64,000 nt of DNA from an uncultured bacterium (GTDB lineage Bacteria; Actinomycetota; Coriobacteriia; Coriobacteriales; Atopobiaceae): contig CAJMNO010000005.1 of assembly GCA_905214865.1 (NCBI GenBank), positions 51,997 to 115,996 of the forward strand, given 5' to 3'. The notes beneath the pieces were generated by a model. That model worked only from the letters and a program-made list of their open reading frames with translations, did not search any database and had not been told where the DNA came from. Made by a program: the position numbers and the translations under genes. Below, in pieces: positions 1 to 9,560 of this stretch; position 1 is the first letter of the stretch, and each line of letters begins with the position of its first letter.

Positions 1-8
1 GATACCTC

Positions 9-995
9 CTAGATCTTGGGGAAGGCGACGGTGTCCGTGCCACCGAAGCCGCTGGTGCCGTCGTCGTCGGGCTCGTAGCGGCTGAGCGAGTCCACGACGA
101 GCCTGTTGGCGGCGGGGATGACCTGGGCCACGTAGCTGCTCACGAGGCCGGGGATGACCTCGCCGTCTGCCTGCATGGGGATGGGCTTGGAGCTCTTGAC
201 CTCGATCGTCTCGCCCGTGAAGTGCTCAAGGTAGGGCCGTCCAACGGAGTTGCCGGACTTGTCGACCATGCCCGCGAAGATGGGCCTGAGGAGCTGGACG
301 GCGTCCGAGGTCTCGAGGAGGATGACGTCCAGCTTGCCGTCGGTCATCGTGCTGTTGGGAACGACCTCGATTTCGCCCTGGATCATCGCGTTGTTGGCGA
401 CGATGCAGGCTATGCCGTCCCTCTCGCAGCGCCTGCCGTCGACGGTGATGTCGAAGTGGATGATGTCGGGATGGATGTTGGAGAGGGCCGCGGCGAAGTA
501 GGCCGCCTCGCCCATGCTCTTCTTGTTGGGCACGGCCGCGCGCATGAGCTGCGCGTCGAAGCCGGTCCCCGCCATGATGCCAAACCCGTGCTCGCGAGGG
601 GCGCCGTCCTCGTCCGTCCAGCGCATGACGCCCAGGTCGGTGTGGACCGAGCGGCCAAGGCGGCAGGCGTGGGCGATCGCGGACGGCTCCGGGGCGCTGC
701 CGAGGTTGGCGAAGAGGAGGTTCGCCGTGCCGGAGGGGAAGATGCAGGTGAGGACGTTGCGGTCCCTCAGCTCAAACAGGAGGTTGGTCACGGTGCCGTC
801 GCCGCCCGAGACCACCACGAGGTCAAAGTCCTCCGCGTCGCGCACGGCCTCGCGCGCGCCGCCCTCCTCGGGCAGCGCGCGCAGCGTCACCTCGTCTCCG
901 TCGCGCAGCAGGGCCCGCTCAAACTCGAAGACCGCGTTTGACCCAAAGCCCGACTTGAGGTTATGGACGATGAGCGTGCGCACGTTGCCTCCCAT
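9..995 (-). CDS. Diacylglycerol-kinase-family lipid kinase (YegS/DagK-like)
   Basis: ORF 9..1175 contains the DAGK catalytic motif 'VVVSGGDGTVTNLL' and 'TLIVHNLKSGFG'. Start placed at the internal ATG (MGGNVRTLIVHN) typical of the family; the upstream ATG at 1175 would overlap rnd. Confidence 0.7.
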   Translation of the reverse strand: MGGNVRTLIVHNLKSGFGSNAVFEFERALLRDGDEVTLRALPEEGGAREAVRDAEDFDLVVVSGGDGTVTNLLFELRDRNVLTCIFPSGTANLLFANLGSAPEPSAIAHACRLGRSVHTDLGVMRWTDEDGAPREHGFGIMAGTGFDAQLMRAAVPNKKSMGEAAYFAAALSNIHPDIIHFDITVDGRRCERDGIACIVANNAMIQGEIEVVPNSTMTDGKLDVILLETSDAVQLLRPIFAGMVDKSGNSVGRPYLEHFTGETIEVKSSKPIPMQADGEVIPGLVSSYVAQVIPAANRLVVDSLSRYEPDDDGTSGFGGTDTVAFPKI

Positions 996-1077
996 GTGGT
1001 TCGTTATGATAATGAGGTTGCGCCTGAGGCGCACATAGATGTCATGGTAGCTATTTCTGACCCAGAATCGAGGGCGC

Positions 1078-2208
1078 GTGTACATACGTGACGCGGAACA
1101 GCTGGCCTCCTTCTGCGATCGAGCGTCGGGGTCCGGCATCCTCGCCGTCGACACCGAGTTCATTCGGGAGCGCACCTACCATCCCCAGCTCTGCCTCATC
1201 CAGGTCGCCACGGCAGACGAGTCGGCGGCCATAGACCCCATCCTCATCAAGGACCTGAGTCCCCTCTCCGAGCTTCTGGTCGACCCCAGGATCGTGAAGG
1301 TCTTTCATGCCTGTGGGCAGGACCTGGAGGTCATCAACGACGCGATGGGGCTCGTGCCCGCGCCGTCGTTTGACACGCAGCTCGCCGCCGCGTTCGTGGG
1401 CTACCGCAACCAGATTGGGTACGGCGCGCTGGTCGAGGCGTGCTGCGGCGTCCACCTGCCCAAGGCGGACTCGCTCACGGACTGGTCGCGCCGGCCGCTC
1501 GACGCCGAGCAGCTTCGGTACGCGGAGGACGACGTCACGTACCTCCCCGCCGTCTACGAGTCCCTGATGGCTCAGCTGGTGGAGAGGGACCGGCTCTCGT
1601 GGCTGCTCCCCGAGATGGAGGAGCTCACGCGTCCCGACCGCTACGAGCGAAACCCGCGTGAGGCCTACCTCCACCTCAAGAGGGCGGGGTCCCTCACGCG
1701 CAAGCAGCTTGCCGTGGCGTGCGAGCTCTGCGCCTGGCGCGAGGGCGTGGCGGAGCGACGCAACCTCCCCAGGAGGTGGGTCCTCACCGACGAGGTGGTG
1801 CTCGAGGCCTGCAAGCGGGCCCCCAGGACCGTCGACCGGCTCCTCCGCATCCGCGGCACGGAGCAGCTTGGGAGGGCCGAGGCCCAGGCCGCCGTCGACG
1901 CGATCGCTCGCGGCCTCGAGGCAAACCCCAGCTCGCTGCCCGAGCGCCGCCGCCACGAGCGACCGGGTGCCCAGACCGAGAGCGTGCTCGACCTCATGTA
2001 CGCGCTGCTCCGCCTCGTGTCGGAGAGGAGCGGCGTCGCGTCGCAGCTCATCGCGACCCGCGACGACCTCCTCGAGTTCCTGAGCGACCCCGGCTCGTCG
2101 AACCTCTCCACGGGGTGGAGGTACGACCTGCTTGGCTCCGAGCTCGAGCGCCTGCTCGCCGGCGAGACGGGCCTCACCATCAAGGACGGCCGCATAGAGC
2201 TGCTCTGA
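1078..2208 (+). CDS. rnd: Ribonuclease D (3'-5' exonuclease + HRDC domain)
   Basis: N-terminus 'ILAVDTEFIRERTYHPQLCLIQV' matches the DEDDy exonuclease motif of RNase D; length 376 aa. Confidence 0.8.
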   Translation: MYIRDAEQLASFCDRASGSGILAVDTEFIRERTYHPQLCLIQVATADESAAIDPILIKDLSPLSELLVDPRIVKVFHACGQDLEVINDAMGLVPAPSFDTQLAAAFVGYRNQIGYGALVEACCGVHLPKADSLTDWSRRPLDAEQLRYAEDDVTYLPAVYESLMAQLVERDRLSWLLPEMEELTRPDRYERNPREAYLHLKRAGSLTRKQLAVACELCAWREGVAERRNLPRRWVLTDEVVLEACKRAPRTVDRLLRIRGTEQLGRAEAQAAVDAIARGLEANPSSLPERRRHERPGAQTESVLDLMYALLRLVSERSGVASQLIATRDDLLEFLSDPGSSNLSTGWRYDLLGSELERLLAGETGLTIKDGRIELL

Positions 2209-2331
2209 GTCCCCCATCCCACAGGGTGGGGATTTGGTGTCCGGGGTCCGGCGTAGCATTGGCGGGAGAAGGACGTCGCCCCGCTGGGGTACAAGCGGGG
2301 CAGGGTTCAGCACAGGAAGGAACGCACCCAT

Positions 2332-3015
2332 ATGATCTACTTCTACGGATCCGGGCTCGCCTACTGGGGCATCATCATCGTCTCGCTCGTCCTCGGCGGC
2401 GCGACCCAGGCATACATCAACTCCACCTACCGCAAGTGGTCCAAGGTGCCCGCCAGCGCGGGCGGCACGGGGGCGGAGGTCGCGCGTAGGATGCTCGACA
2501 CCGAGGGCGCGCCCAACGTTGGGCTCGCGCGCGTCTCGGGCCACCTGAGCGACTACTACGACCCGCGCGACAACCGCCTGCACCTCTCGGGCGAGAACTA
2601 CGAGGGGGCCTCGGTCGCATCCGTCGCCGTCGCCTGCCACGAGGCCGGGCATGCGGTCCAGACCGCCAAGGGCTACGCGTTCGGGAAGTTCCGCACCGCC
2701 CTCGTGCCGGTGGTCAACGTGACCCAGCAGCTGTGGAGCATCCTGCTCATCGTGGGCATCTTCATCAACGCGATGGGGCTGGTCCGCATCGGCGTGCTGC
2801 TCTTCGCGTTCTCGGTCCTGTTCCAGCTGGTGACGCTCCCGGTCGAGATCGACGCCTCGCGCAGGGCCGTCGCGTACCTGGGCCGTGCGGGCGGCAGCAT
2901 CGACGAGCGGGGCGCCCGCCAGGTCCTCACCGCCGCGGCACTCACCTACGTCGCAGCGGCGCTGGTCTCTGTGCTCCAGCTCCTGTACCTCCTCGGCCAG
3001 ACGGACAGGGACTAG
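2332..3015 (+). CDS. Membrane zinc metallopeptidase (Zn_peptidase_2 / YpfJ-like)
   Basis: HExxH motif 'CHEAGHAVQ', several hydrophobic helices, RBS AGGAAGGAA upstream of the ATG. Confidence 0.65.
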   Translation: MIYFYGSGLAYWGIIIVSLVLGGATQAYINSTYRKWSKVPASAGGTGAEVARRMLDTEGAPNVGLARVSGHLSDYYDPRDNRLHLSGENYEGASVASVAVACHEAGHAVQTAKGYAFGKFRTALVPVVNVTQQLWSILLIVGIFINAMGLVRIGVLLFAFSVLFQLVTLPVEIDASRRAVAYLGRAGGSIDERGARQVLTAAALTYVAAALVSVLQLLYLLGQTDRD

Positions 3016-3017
3016 CC

Positions 3018-4391
3018 GTGGGGAGGGGCGAGTCGGAGGCGCCGCTCTCGGTCTCGCAGGCCGTAGAGCTGGTCAAGGGGACCGTCGACACCATCCCGCA
3101 GATCGTCGTGAACGGCGAGGTCTCGGGCTTCAGGGGCCCCAACGCGCGCTCCGGGCACTGCTACTTCACCATCAAGGACGACAGCAGCGCCATGGACGTG
3201 ATCGTGTGGCGCGGAACCTATGCCAGGTGCGGGTTCCGGCTGAGGGACGGCCTGGAGGTCACCTTCACGGGCAGGTTCGGGGTCTACGCCGGCACGGGGC
3301 GGCTCTCGTTCATAGCGTCCAGGCTCGAGGTCGCGGGGGAGGGGCTCCTTCGGCAGCAGGTCGCAGCCCTCGCGCGCAGGCTCGAGGCCGAGGGGCTCAT
3401 GGACCCCGACCGCAAGCGTCGCATCCCGCGGTTCTGCACGCGCGTGGCGGTCGTGACCTCGCTGTCGGGCAGCGTCATCGAGGACGTCAAGAGGACGCTC
3501 GCACGACGCAACCCGCTGGTCCAGATCCAGGTCGCGGGGTGCATGGTCCAGGGCCCCGGCGCGCCGCAGACCATCATCCGCGCGCTCGGAGTCGCCGCGG
3601 CCGCGCGACCCGACGCGATCCTGCTCGTGCGCGGGGGCGGCTCGTTCGAGGACCTCATGACGTTCAACGACGAGGCGCTCGCCCGTGCCGTGGCCGCGTG
3701 CCCCGTGCCGGTCATCACGGGCATCGGGCACGAGCCGGACACCTGCATCTGCGACATGGTGGCGGACCGCCGCTGTTCCACGCCCACGGCGGCGGCCGAG
3801 TCGGTGGCCCCCGCCTTCGACGAGGTGGAGGGGAAGATCTCCGAGCGCGCGGAGCGCCTTGGCAAGGCCATGGGCAAGCAGCTCTCGGGCGAGGCGCAGC
3901 GGCTCGACACGCTCGCCCTCCTCGCCACCAACTCGGTGAGGGAGGGCATCAGGAGGCGCGCGGTCGCCGTCGACGCGATGGGGACCAGGCGCTGCCTGTC
4001 CGACCCCCGTGGGATGCTGCTCGACCGCGAGGCGCAGCTCGAGCAGACCGGGCAGCGGCTGCACGACGCGATACCCCGGACCCTCCAGAGGAGGGGCGAG
4101 CTGCTGTCGACCGACGCCTCGCGCCTCTCGACTGCCGCGCGGAGGATGCTGGTTCCCTTCCATGCGGAGGTCACCAGGTCGGCGGCCACGCTCGACGCCC
4201 TCTCGCCCCTCAAGGTGCTGGGGAGGGGCTACGCCGTGGCCAGGGATGCCAACGGGCACGTCGTGGACTCCGTGGGCAAGGTTGCGGCCGAGGACGTCGT
4301 GAGCATCCTGGTGTCGGACGGCAGCATCAGGACGCGGGTCACGGGCATTGAAAGAGACGGTCAGACGGGCGAGAGCCCGAGGGAGGCATAG
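3018..4391 (+). CDS. xseA: Exodeoxyribonuclease VII large subunit
   Basis: OB-fold N-terminus 'GHCYFTIKDDSSAMDVIVWRG' and catalytic core 'LLVRGGGSFEDLMTFNDEALARAV'. GTG start 3 nt after the upstream stop; xseB follows 3 nt downstream. Confidence 0.8.
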   Translation: MGRGESEAPLSVSQAVELVKGTVDTIPQIVVNGEVSGFRGPNARSGHCYFTIKDDSSAMDVIVWRGTYARCGFRLRDGLEVTFTGRFGVYAGTGRLSFIASRLEVAGEGLLRQQVAALARRLEAEGLMDPDRKRRIPRFCTRVAVVTSLSGSVIEDVKRTLARRNPLVQIQVAGCMVQGPGAPQTIIRALGVAAAARPDAILLVRGGGSFEDLMTFNDEALARAVAACPVPVITGIGHEPDTCICDMVADRRCSTPTAAAESVAPAFDEVEGKISERAERLGKAMGKQLSGEAQRLDTLALLATNSVREGIRRRAVAVDAMGTRRCLSDPRGMLLDREAQLEQTGQRLHDAIPRTLQRRGELLSTDASRLSTAARRMLVPFHAEVTRSAATLDALSPLKVLGRGYAVARDANGHVVDSVGKVAAEDVVSILVSDGSIRTRVTGIERDGQTGESPREA

Positions 4392-4393
4392 GG

Positions 4394-4681
4394 ATGGAAG
4401 AGAAGAAGGACGGGGCGGTCGAGCGGTTCGCCGACATCGATGGCATGAGCTTCAAGGAGGCGTCGACCGAGCTGGAGCAGATCGTCCGCAGGCTCGAGAG
4501 CGGCGAGCTCGAGCTGGAGGAGTCCATGACCCTCTATGCCAGGGGCGTCGAGCTCCTCAAGAGCCTGAGGGCACGTCTCGCCAACGCCGAGCAGAAGGTC
4601 CAGGTGCTGCTCGACACGACCGAGTCCGCGCAGGTGACCGACACCACCGCCGCACCTTCGACGGCGTTCATCGACGAGTAG
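4394..4681 (+). CDS. xseB: Exodeoxyribonuclease VII small subunit
   Basis: 95 aa coiled-coil protein 'FKEASTELEQIVRRLESGELELEESMTLYARG', immediately downstream of xseA. Confidence 0.8.
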   Translation: MEEKKDGAVERFADIDGMSFKEASTELEQIVRRLESGELELEESMTLYARGVELLKSLRARLANAEQKVQVLLDTTESAQVTDTTAAPSTAFIDE

Positions 4682-4708
4682 CGAAACGAGGGGAAGGGGA
4701 GAGACCCA

Positions 4709-5064
4709 TGGCAACCAAGGACGACTGCATCTTCTGCAAGATCGCCAACCACCAGATCGAGTCCGACTACGTGTACGAGGACGACCTGGTCTGCGCGTTC
4801 AGGGACATGAACCCCCAGGCGCCGGTCCACGTCCTGGTGGTTCCCAAGGACCACTATGACAACCTGGTGGACGACGTCCCCGCCGAGACCCTCGCGGCCC
4901 TCGCCCACGGAGTGGACGAGGTCGCCAAGAGGACCGGCATCCGCGAGAGCGGGTTCCGCGTCATCACCAACACCGGTGACGCCGCCGGCCAGACGGTCCA
5001 TCACCTTCACCTTCACGTCCTGGGCGGGGAGGGGCTCGGCGAGGGCCTCCTCCCCAAGGAGTAG
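4709..5064 (+). CDS. HIT-family (histidine triad) nucleotide hydrolase
   Basis: 'CIFCKI' and histidine triad 'HHLHLHVLGG'; start at the internal ATG (MATKDD) preceded by a GGGGAGAG RBS. Confidence 0.8.
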
Positions 5065-5066
5065 CC

Positions 5067-5489
5067 ATGGGCGCCGCCGAGGAGATGGCCGCGCGGGCGA
5101 CCGAGCGGCACGAGCGGGGATATAACTGCGCGCAGGCGGTGGCCTGCGCCTTCGCGGAGCGCCTGGGTGTCGAGGAGAAGGTCCTCTTCCGCGCGACCGA
5201 GGGCCTTGGCCTAGGCATGGGCGGCATGCAGGGCACCTGCGGGGCCGCGAGCGGCGCGTGCGTGGTGGCTGGTCTCGCCAACAGCACGGGCAACCTCGAA
5301 CGCCCCGACAGCAAGGCGTCGACCTACGCGATCTCGCGCCGGATCACGGACCGCTTCGCGCACGAGGCGGGAGCCGTGCGCTGCGCCGACCTCAAGGGCG
5401 TGGGCACCGGCAAGGTCGTCTGCCCGTGCCCCCGCTGCGTGGAGCTCGGCGCCATCATCGCCCAGGAGGAAGTCTTCGACGCCCGCTGA
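5067..5489 (+). CDS. C_GCAxxG_C_C family protein (putative redox-active)
   Basis: 'GYNCAQAV' and 'CGAASGACVV' Cys motifs characteristic of the family. Confidence 0.55.
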   Translation: MGAAEEMAARATERHERGYNCAQAVACAFAERLGVEEKVLFRATEGLGLGMGGMQGTCGAASGACVVAGLANSTGNLERPDSKASTYAISRRITDRFAHEAGAVRCADLKGVGTGKVVCPCPRCVELGAIIAQEEVFDAR

Positions 5490-5589
5490 CAACCACGAAC
5501 CCTCACGTAGCGGCATATGGCTATGATGGGGTCGCTTGTGTTCGTTGGGTGAGAAGGGATGCGGGCCTGGCGCCCGCGAGAGGAGTCGC

Positions 5590-6771
5590 ATGAACGTCCT
5601 AGTAATCAACGCTGGTAGCTCGTCGCTGAAGTACCAGCTCCTCGACACCAAGTCCGGCAAGGTCTTCGCCAAGGGCAACTGTGAGCGCATCGGCATCGAT
5701 GGCTCCTTCATCGGCCACGAGGAGAACGACGGCGGGAAGCAGAAGACCGAGGTCGCCCTTCCGGATCACAAGACCGCCATCAAGCACGTCTTCGAGATCC
5801 TCGACAAGGCCGGCTTCGACACCGACAAGATCGAGGGCATCGGCCACCGCGTGGTTCAGGGCGGCTGGTACTTCCCCGAGTCCAAGGTGGTCACCGACGA
5901 GACCCTGGGCTGGGTCCGCGAGGTTGCCCCTCTCGCCCCGCTCCACAACTACGCCGAGGCGGACGTCATCCAGATCTGCCGCGAGATGTTCCCCTCCATC
6001 GGCAACGTGATCGTCGCCGACACCTCGTTCCACTACAACATGCCCGAGAAGGCCTGGCGCTACGCCCTCCCGCGCGACGTGGTGGACAAGCTGCACATCC
6101 GCAAGTACGGCGCCCACGGCACCTCTCACCGCTACATCTGGAAGACCACCAACGAGTTCCTCAAGGGTGACGTCCACAAGCTCGTGAGCTGCCACCTTGG
6201 CTCCGGCGCGTCCCTCTCCGCCATCCAGGACGGGCACGACATGGACACCACCATGGGCCTCACCCCGCTCGATGGTCTGATCATGGGCACCCGCTGCGGC
6301 ACCATCGACCCCGCCACCGTGTGCTACCTGGTTCGCGAGGGCGGCTACACCATCGACCAGGTCGACACCATGATGAACAAGCAGTCCGGCCTGCTCGCGC
6401 TCTCCGCCGTCTCGTCCGACTCCCGCGACATCGAGGCAGGCGCCGAGAAGGGCGACAAGAACTGCCAGATGGCGCTCGAGATGTTCTACTACCGCACCTC
6501 TCAGCTCATCGCCGAGATGGCCCAGTCCATGCACGGCTTTGACACGATGGCCTTCTCGGCCGGCATCGGCGAGAACTCCGCCGAGATGCGCCTAGGCGTG
6601 GCCAAGGAGCTGGAGTGGCTCGGCGTCAAGATCGACGAGAAGAAGAACGAGGTCCGCTCCGACGAGCCCCGCGTCATCTCGACCGACGACTCCAAGGTGA
6701 AGGTCCTCGTGGTTCCCACCAACGAGGAGCTCATGATCGCCCTCGACGTCGAGGAGCTGCTCGGGAAGTAG
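5590..6771 (+). CDS. ackA: Acetate kinase
   Basis: 'MNVLVINAGSSSLKYQLLD' N-terminus, 'HLGSGAS' and 'AFSAGIGENS' motifs; RBS GAGAGGAG upstream. Confidence 0.9.
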   Translation: MNVLVINAGSSSLKYQLLDTKSGKVFAKGNCERIGIDGSFIGHEENDGGKQKTEVALPDHKTAIKHVFEILDKAGFDTDKIEGIGHRVVQGGWYFPESKVVTDETLGWVREVAPLAPLHNYAEADVIQICREMFPSIGNVIVADTSFHYNMPEKAWRYALPRDVVDKLHIRKYGAHGTSHRYIWKTTNEFLKGDVHKLVSCHLGSGASLSAIQDGHDMDTTMGLTPLDGLIMGTRCGTIDPATVCYLVREGGYTIDQVDTMMNKQSGLLALSAVSSDSRDIEAGAEKGDKNCQMALEMFYYRTSQLIAEMAQSMHGFDTMAFSAGIGENSAEMRLGVAKELEWLGVKIDEKKNEVRSDEPRVISTDDSKVKVLVVPTNEELMIALDVEELLGK

Positions 6772-6870
6772 CATCCCTCGCAGGGTAAGGAGCGGGGCGC
6801 CCCGGCGATGAGCCGAGGCGCCCCGCTTGCCATTGACGTCTCTTGGCGTGATGCGTCAGGCCGAGACGAG

Positions 6871-7422
6871 CTACCCCATGAGGCCGCGCCTTCTCCAGGG
6901 GAGCCACGACAGCCAGCCGCCGTCGTCCCCCTGGCCTGGCACCACGAGCTGGTAGGCCATGCGGGGGCTGCCGTCCCTCACGTGGATGGTCCCGCAGTGC
7001 TGGAACCCGCGGCTGGCAAGCAGCCGCTGCATGGGCACGTTGTCCCGATGGGTGTCCGCCCGCAGGCTCGTTGCGGACTGCAGCGCCCAATCAAGGCAGA
7101 ACCCTCCCACGCCACGTCCCGGTTCGCGCACCGCGAGTCGGTGGATCACAAAGTAGGGGCCGTCGTCGAGCCAAGCGCCGTCCTCGATCTTGAGGTAGGT
7201 GGGGTCGGGGCCGGGCTGCAGACACAGGCAGCCCACGACCTGCCCCTCGTCCTCGCACGCGAAGAGGGTCCCGCGGCGCACGTCCGCGAGGATGTCGCTT
7301 CCGGAGGGATACTCCCCGGCCCACTGGGTCGGGTTGCCGTTGCGTCGCATGAAGTCGCGGGCGCCCTCGTACAGGCTGACCAGAGCGTCCAGGTCCTCCC
7401 GCGTGGCGGGTCTCATCTCCAT
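6871..7422 (-). CDS. GNAT-family N-acetyltransferase
   Basis: 183 aa with the acetyl-CoA-binding-like stretch 'HRLAVREPGRGVGGFCLDWAL'. Confidence 0.55.
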   Translation of the reverse strand: MEMRPATREDLDALVSLYEGARDFMRRNGNPTQWAGEYPSGSDILADVRRGTLFACEDEGQVVGCLCLQPGPDPTYLKIEDGAWLDDGPYFVIHRLAVREPGRGVGGFCLDWALQSATSLRADTHRDNVPMQRLLASRGFQHCGTIHVRDGSPRMAYQLVVPGQGDDGGWLSWLPWRRRGLMG

Positions 7423-7431
7423 GACGGCTCC

Positions 7432-8313
7432 CTAGAACGGCCGCACGCAGAACGAGCGCTCAAGGGCCTGGCAGGGGGAGAGGAGCGTCATCCCGCGCTT
7501 GTGCTCGAACACGTCGTCCTCGTCCAGCGCCGTGGCACAGCCGGTCCAGGGCTCGAGCGCGACGAACGGCGCGTCTCCTGCGGCGGACCAGACCCCAAGG
7601 TAGTCGAAGCCCTCGAACGAGACCTCCACCCCGTGGCCGCCGTCGCCCACCAGGCGCACGAACCTCTCCGGAACGTCCTGGAACACCAAGGTGTCCACAT
7701 CAAAGGTGCGATGGGTCAGGCGCAGCACGTTGGAGCCGTCGAGGAGCGGGAGCCGGTCCTCGAAGTCGAGGAGGCCGGACGACGGGTCGATGCGGGGCGA
7801 GGCGTAGGTCCACTCCCGCGCAAACTCCAACCGGTACGAGTCAAAGTCGTCGCCGCCCTGGGGCTGCGGGACGTTGAAGGCAGGGTGCCCGCCCAGGACG
7901 AAGGGGAGAGGGACGTCCCCCGTGTTCGTGACCTCAAACGTCTGCGTCAGGGCGCCGTCTGCCAGCGAGTAGGAGAGCTCGAGGCGGAAGTCGTACGGGT
8001 ACGACTCGCGCGTCCGCGCATCCGAGCACAGACGGAACCTCGCGGAGGCCTCGCCGCTCGAGACGAGCTCGAACTCCCTGTTGCGGGCGAGCCCGTGGCG
8101 GCCCAGGCTCACCTCCCCTTGCGAGGAGGACGCGCGGTCGTCCCTCAGGCTGCCCACGATGGGGAAGAGGACGGGCGCCCTGCGGGGCCACCACCTCTCG
8201 TCACCCTGCCAGAGGCACTCCCTGCCGTCCCTTGTGAGGCTCATGAGCTGTGCGCCCTGTGAGTCGATGGTGGCCGTAAGACCGTTTGAGGCAATGCTCG
8301 TCATGAAGGGCAT
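7432..8313 (-). CDS. Aldose 1-epimerase family protein (galactose mutarotase-like)
   Basis: 293 aa; 'LGGHPAFNVP' and 'YLGVWS' motifs typical of the YphB/GalM-like fold; strong RBS AAGGAAAGGAGC. Confidence 0.6.
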   Translation of the reverse strand: MPFMTSIASNGLTATIDSQGAQLMSLTRDGRECLWQGDERWWPRRAPVLFPIVGSLRDDRASSSQGEVSLGRHGLARNREFELVSSGEASARFRLCSDARTRESYPYDFRLELSYSLADGALTQTFEVTNTGDVPLPFVLGGHPAFNVPQPQGGDDFDSYRLEFAREWTYASPRIDPSSGLLDFEDRLPLLDGSNVLRLTHRTFDVDTLVFQDVPERFVRLVGDGGHGVEVSFEGFDYLGVWSAAGDAPFVALEPWTGCATALDEDDVFEHKRGMTLLSPCQALERSFCVRPF

Positions 8314-8328
8314 GAAGCTCCTTTCCTT

Positions 8329-8352
8329 GGACCATAATCAGCATTATGGTCT
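8329..8352. promoter_or_regulatory. AT-rich near-perfect inverted repeat GGACCATAAT-CAGC-ATTATGGTC(T), 16-39 bp upstream of the epimerase start, in the divergent promoter region with the ABC binding-protein gene
   Basis: Read directly; 9/10 arm match. AT-rich in a GC-rich genome, at operator-like distance from two start codons. Confidence 0.35.
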
Positions 8353-8424
8353 TAATCGTCTTTTGATATCCACGCCCCCTGCCACAAATGTCGGTGGGGG
8401 GCATCCGGGGATGGGGGAACCAAC

Positions 8425-9459
8425 ATGCTCGACCGCAGGCAGTTCGTCAAACTCTCTGGCGTCCTCTCCGCCTCGCTCGCCCTTGGGGTGTCCGGGTGCG
8501 GATCCAAGCCGGCGGCAGGCGGGTCGTCCTCGTCGGACGGCGACTCCGCCGACAGCTCCGCCTCCTCGTCAAAGCAGAAGGTGCGCGTCGGCGCGCTCAA
8601 GGGGCCGACCTCCATCGGGCTCGCATACCTCATGGACCAGGCGTCAAGCGGCAAGGCCGCCGAGGACTATGAGTTCACCGTCGCCGCCTCGCCCGATGCG
8701 ATCCTCCCCTCCATCATCAAGGGTGACCTGGACATCGCCTGCGTGCCGGCGAACGCCGCCGCGGTCCTCTACAACAAGACCAAGGGCAAGGTCTCGGTCA
8801 TCGACGTCAACACCCTGGGCGTGCTGTCGGTCGTCACCGCCGACACGAGCATCAAGGACTTCACCGACCTCGGCGGCCGTACCGTGTACTCCACCGGCAA
8901 GGGTGCCTCCCCCGAGTACGTGATGAGGGACCTCCTCGACAAGGCCGGCATCGCCGATGGCGTCACGCTCGAGTTCAAGAGCGAGGCGACCGAGGTCGTG
9001 AGCCTCCTCGCGCAGAACGCGAGCGCCGTCGCCGTGCTGCCCCAGCCGTTCGTCACCGCGGCACTGGCAAAGAACTCGTCCCTCACCGCGCCCATCGACC
9101 TCAACGACGTGTGGGACAAGTACAACCCCGACTCCAAGTTCGTGATGGGCGTCACCATCGCACAGAACGAGCTCATCCAGAAGCATCCCGACGTGGTCAA
9201 GACCTTCATGAAGGAGCAGGCGGCCTCGGTCAAGGAGGCAAACGACGACCCGGACACCGTCGCCCCGATGGTGGTCAAGGCGGGCATCCTGGACAACGAG
9301 AAGATCGTGGCCAAGGCGATCCCCGGCTGCCACGTGGTCTGCATCACCGGCGACGAGATGTCCGACGACCTCTCGGGCTTCCTCTCCGTCCTGTACGACG
9401 TCGACTCCTCGAGCGTCGGCGGCGAGCTGCCCACCGAGAACTTCTACTACCTGGGCTAG
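8425..9459 (+). CDS. ABC transporter substrate-binding lipoprotein (NMT1/SsuA/ThiY-like)
   Basis: Tat-like 'RRQFVK' signal plus lipobox 'LGVSGCGS'; periplasmic binding fold. Followed by the permease-ATPase gene. Confidence 0.7.
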   Translation: MLDRRQFVKLSGVLSASLALGVSGCGSKPAAGGSSSSDGDSADSSASSSKQKVRVGALKGPTSIGLAYLMDQASSGKAAEDYEFTVAASPDAILPSIIKGDLDIACVPANAAAVLYNKTKGKVSVIDVNTLGVLSVVTADTSIKDFTDLGGRTVYSTGKGASPEYVMRDLLDKAGIADGVTLEFKSEATEVVSLLAQNASAVAVLPQPFVTAALAKNSSLTAPIDLNDVWDKYNPDSKFVMGVTIAQNELIQKHPDVVKTFMKEQAASVKEANDDPDTVAPMVVKAGILDNEKIVAKAIPGCHVVCITGDEMSDDLSGFLSVLYDVDSSSVGGELPTENFYYLG

Positions 9460-9505
9460 GAAGCCAGGGGTTCCACGCGCATGCGAGGCGGGCGTAGCGT
9501 CCACC

Positions 9506-9545
9506 GGTCACCGACAGCCCCTTCCGGAAGGGGCTGTCGGTGACC
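9506..9545. repeat. 40-bp perfect palindrome GGTCACCGACAGCCCCTTCC|GGAAGGGGCTGTCGGTGACC between the binding-protein and permease-ATPase genes
   Basis: Read directly; 20-bp arms with no mismatches; intercistronic. Confidence 0.8.
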
Positions 9546-9560
9546 CGGGGGAGGGGGAAC

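Noticed and set aside
1051-2652. Long antisense or out-of-frame ORFs throughout the window (e.g. 1051..2652-, 3012..4259-, 10061..12769-, 14511..17060-, 6808..8262+, 43159..45276+, 39181..40839+, 61059..62120-)
   Set aside because: Arg/Pro/Gly-rich translations typical of stop-codon-poor frames in ~67% GC DNA. Each overlaps a strongly supported gene on the other strand or frame and has no recognisable motifs.
2733-3017. Upstream extension of xseA (ORF track 2733..4391)
   Set aside because: The extension lies entirely inside the zinc-peptidase gene in another frame. The GTG at 3018, directly after the upstream stop, gives an N-terminus matching XseA.
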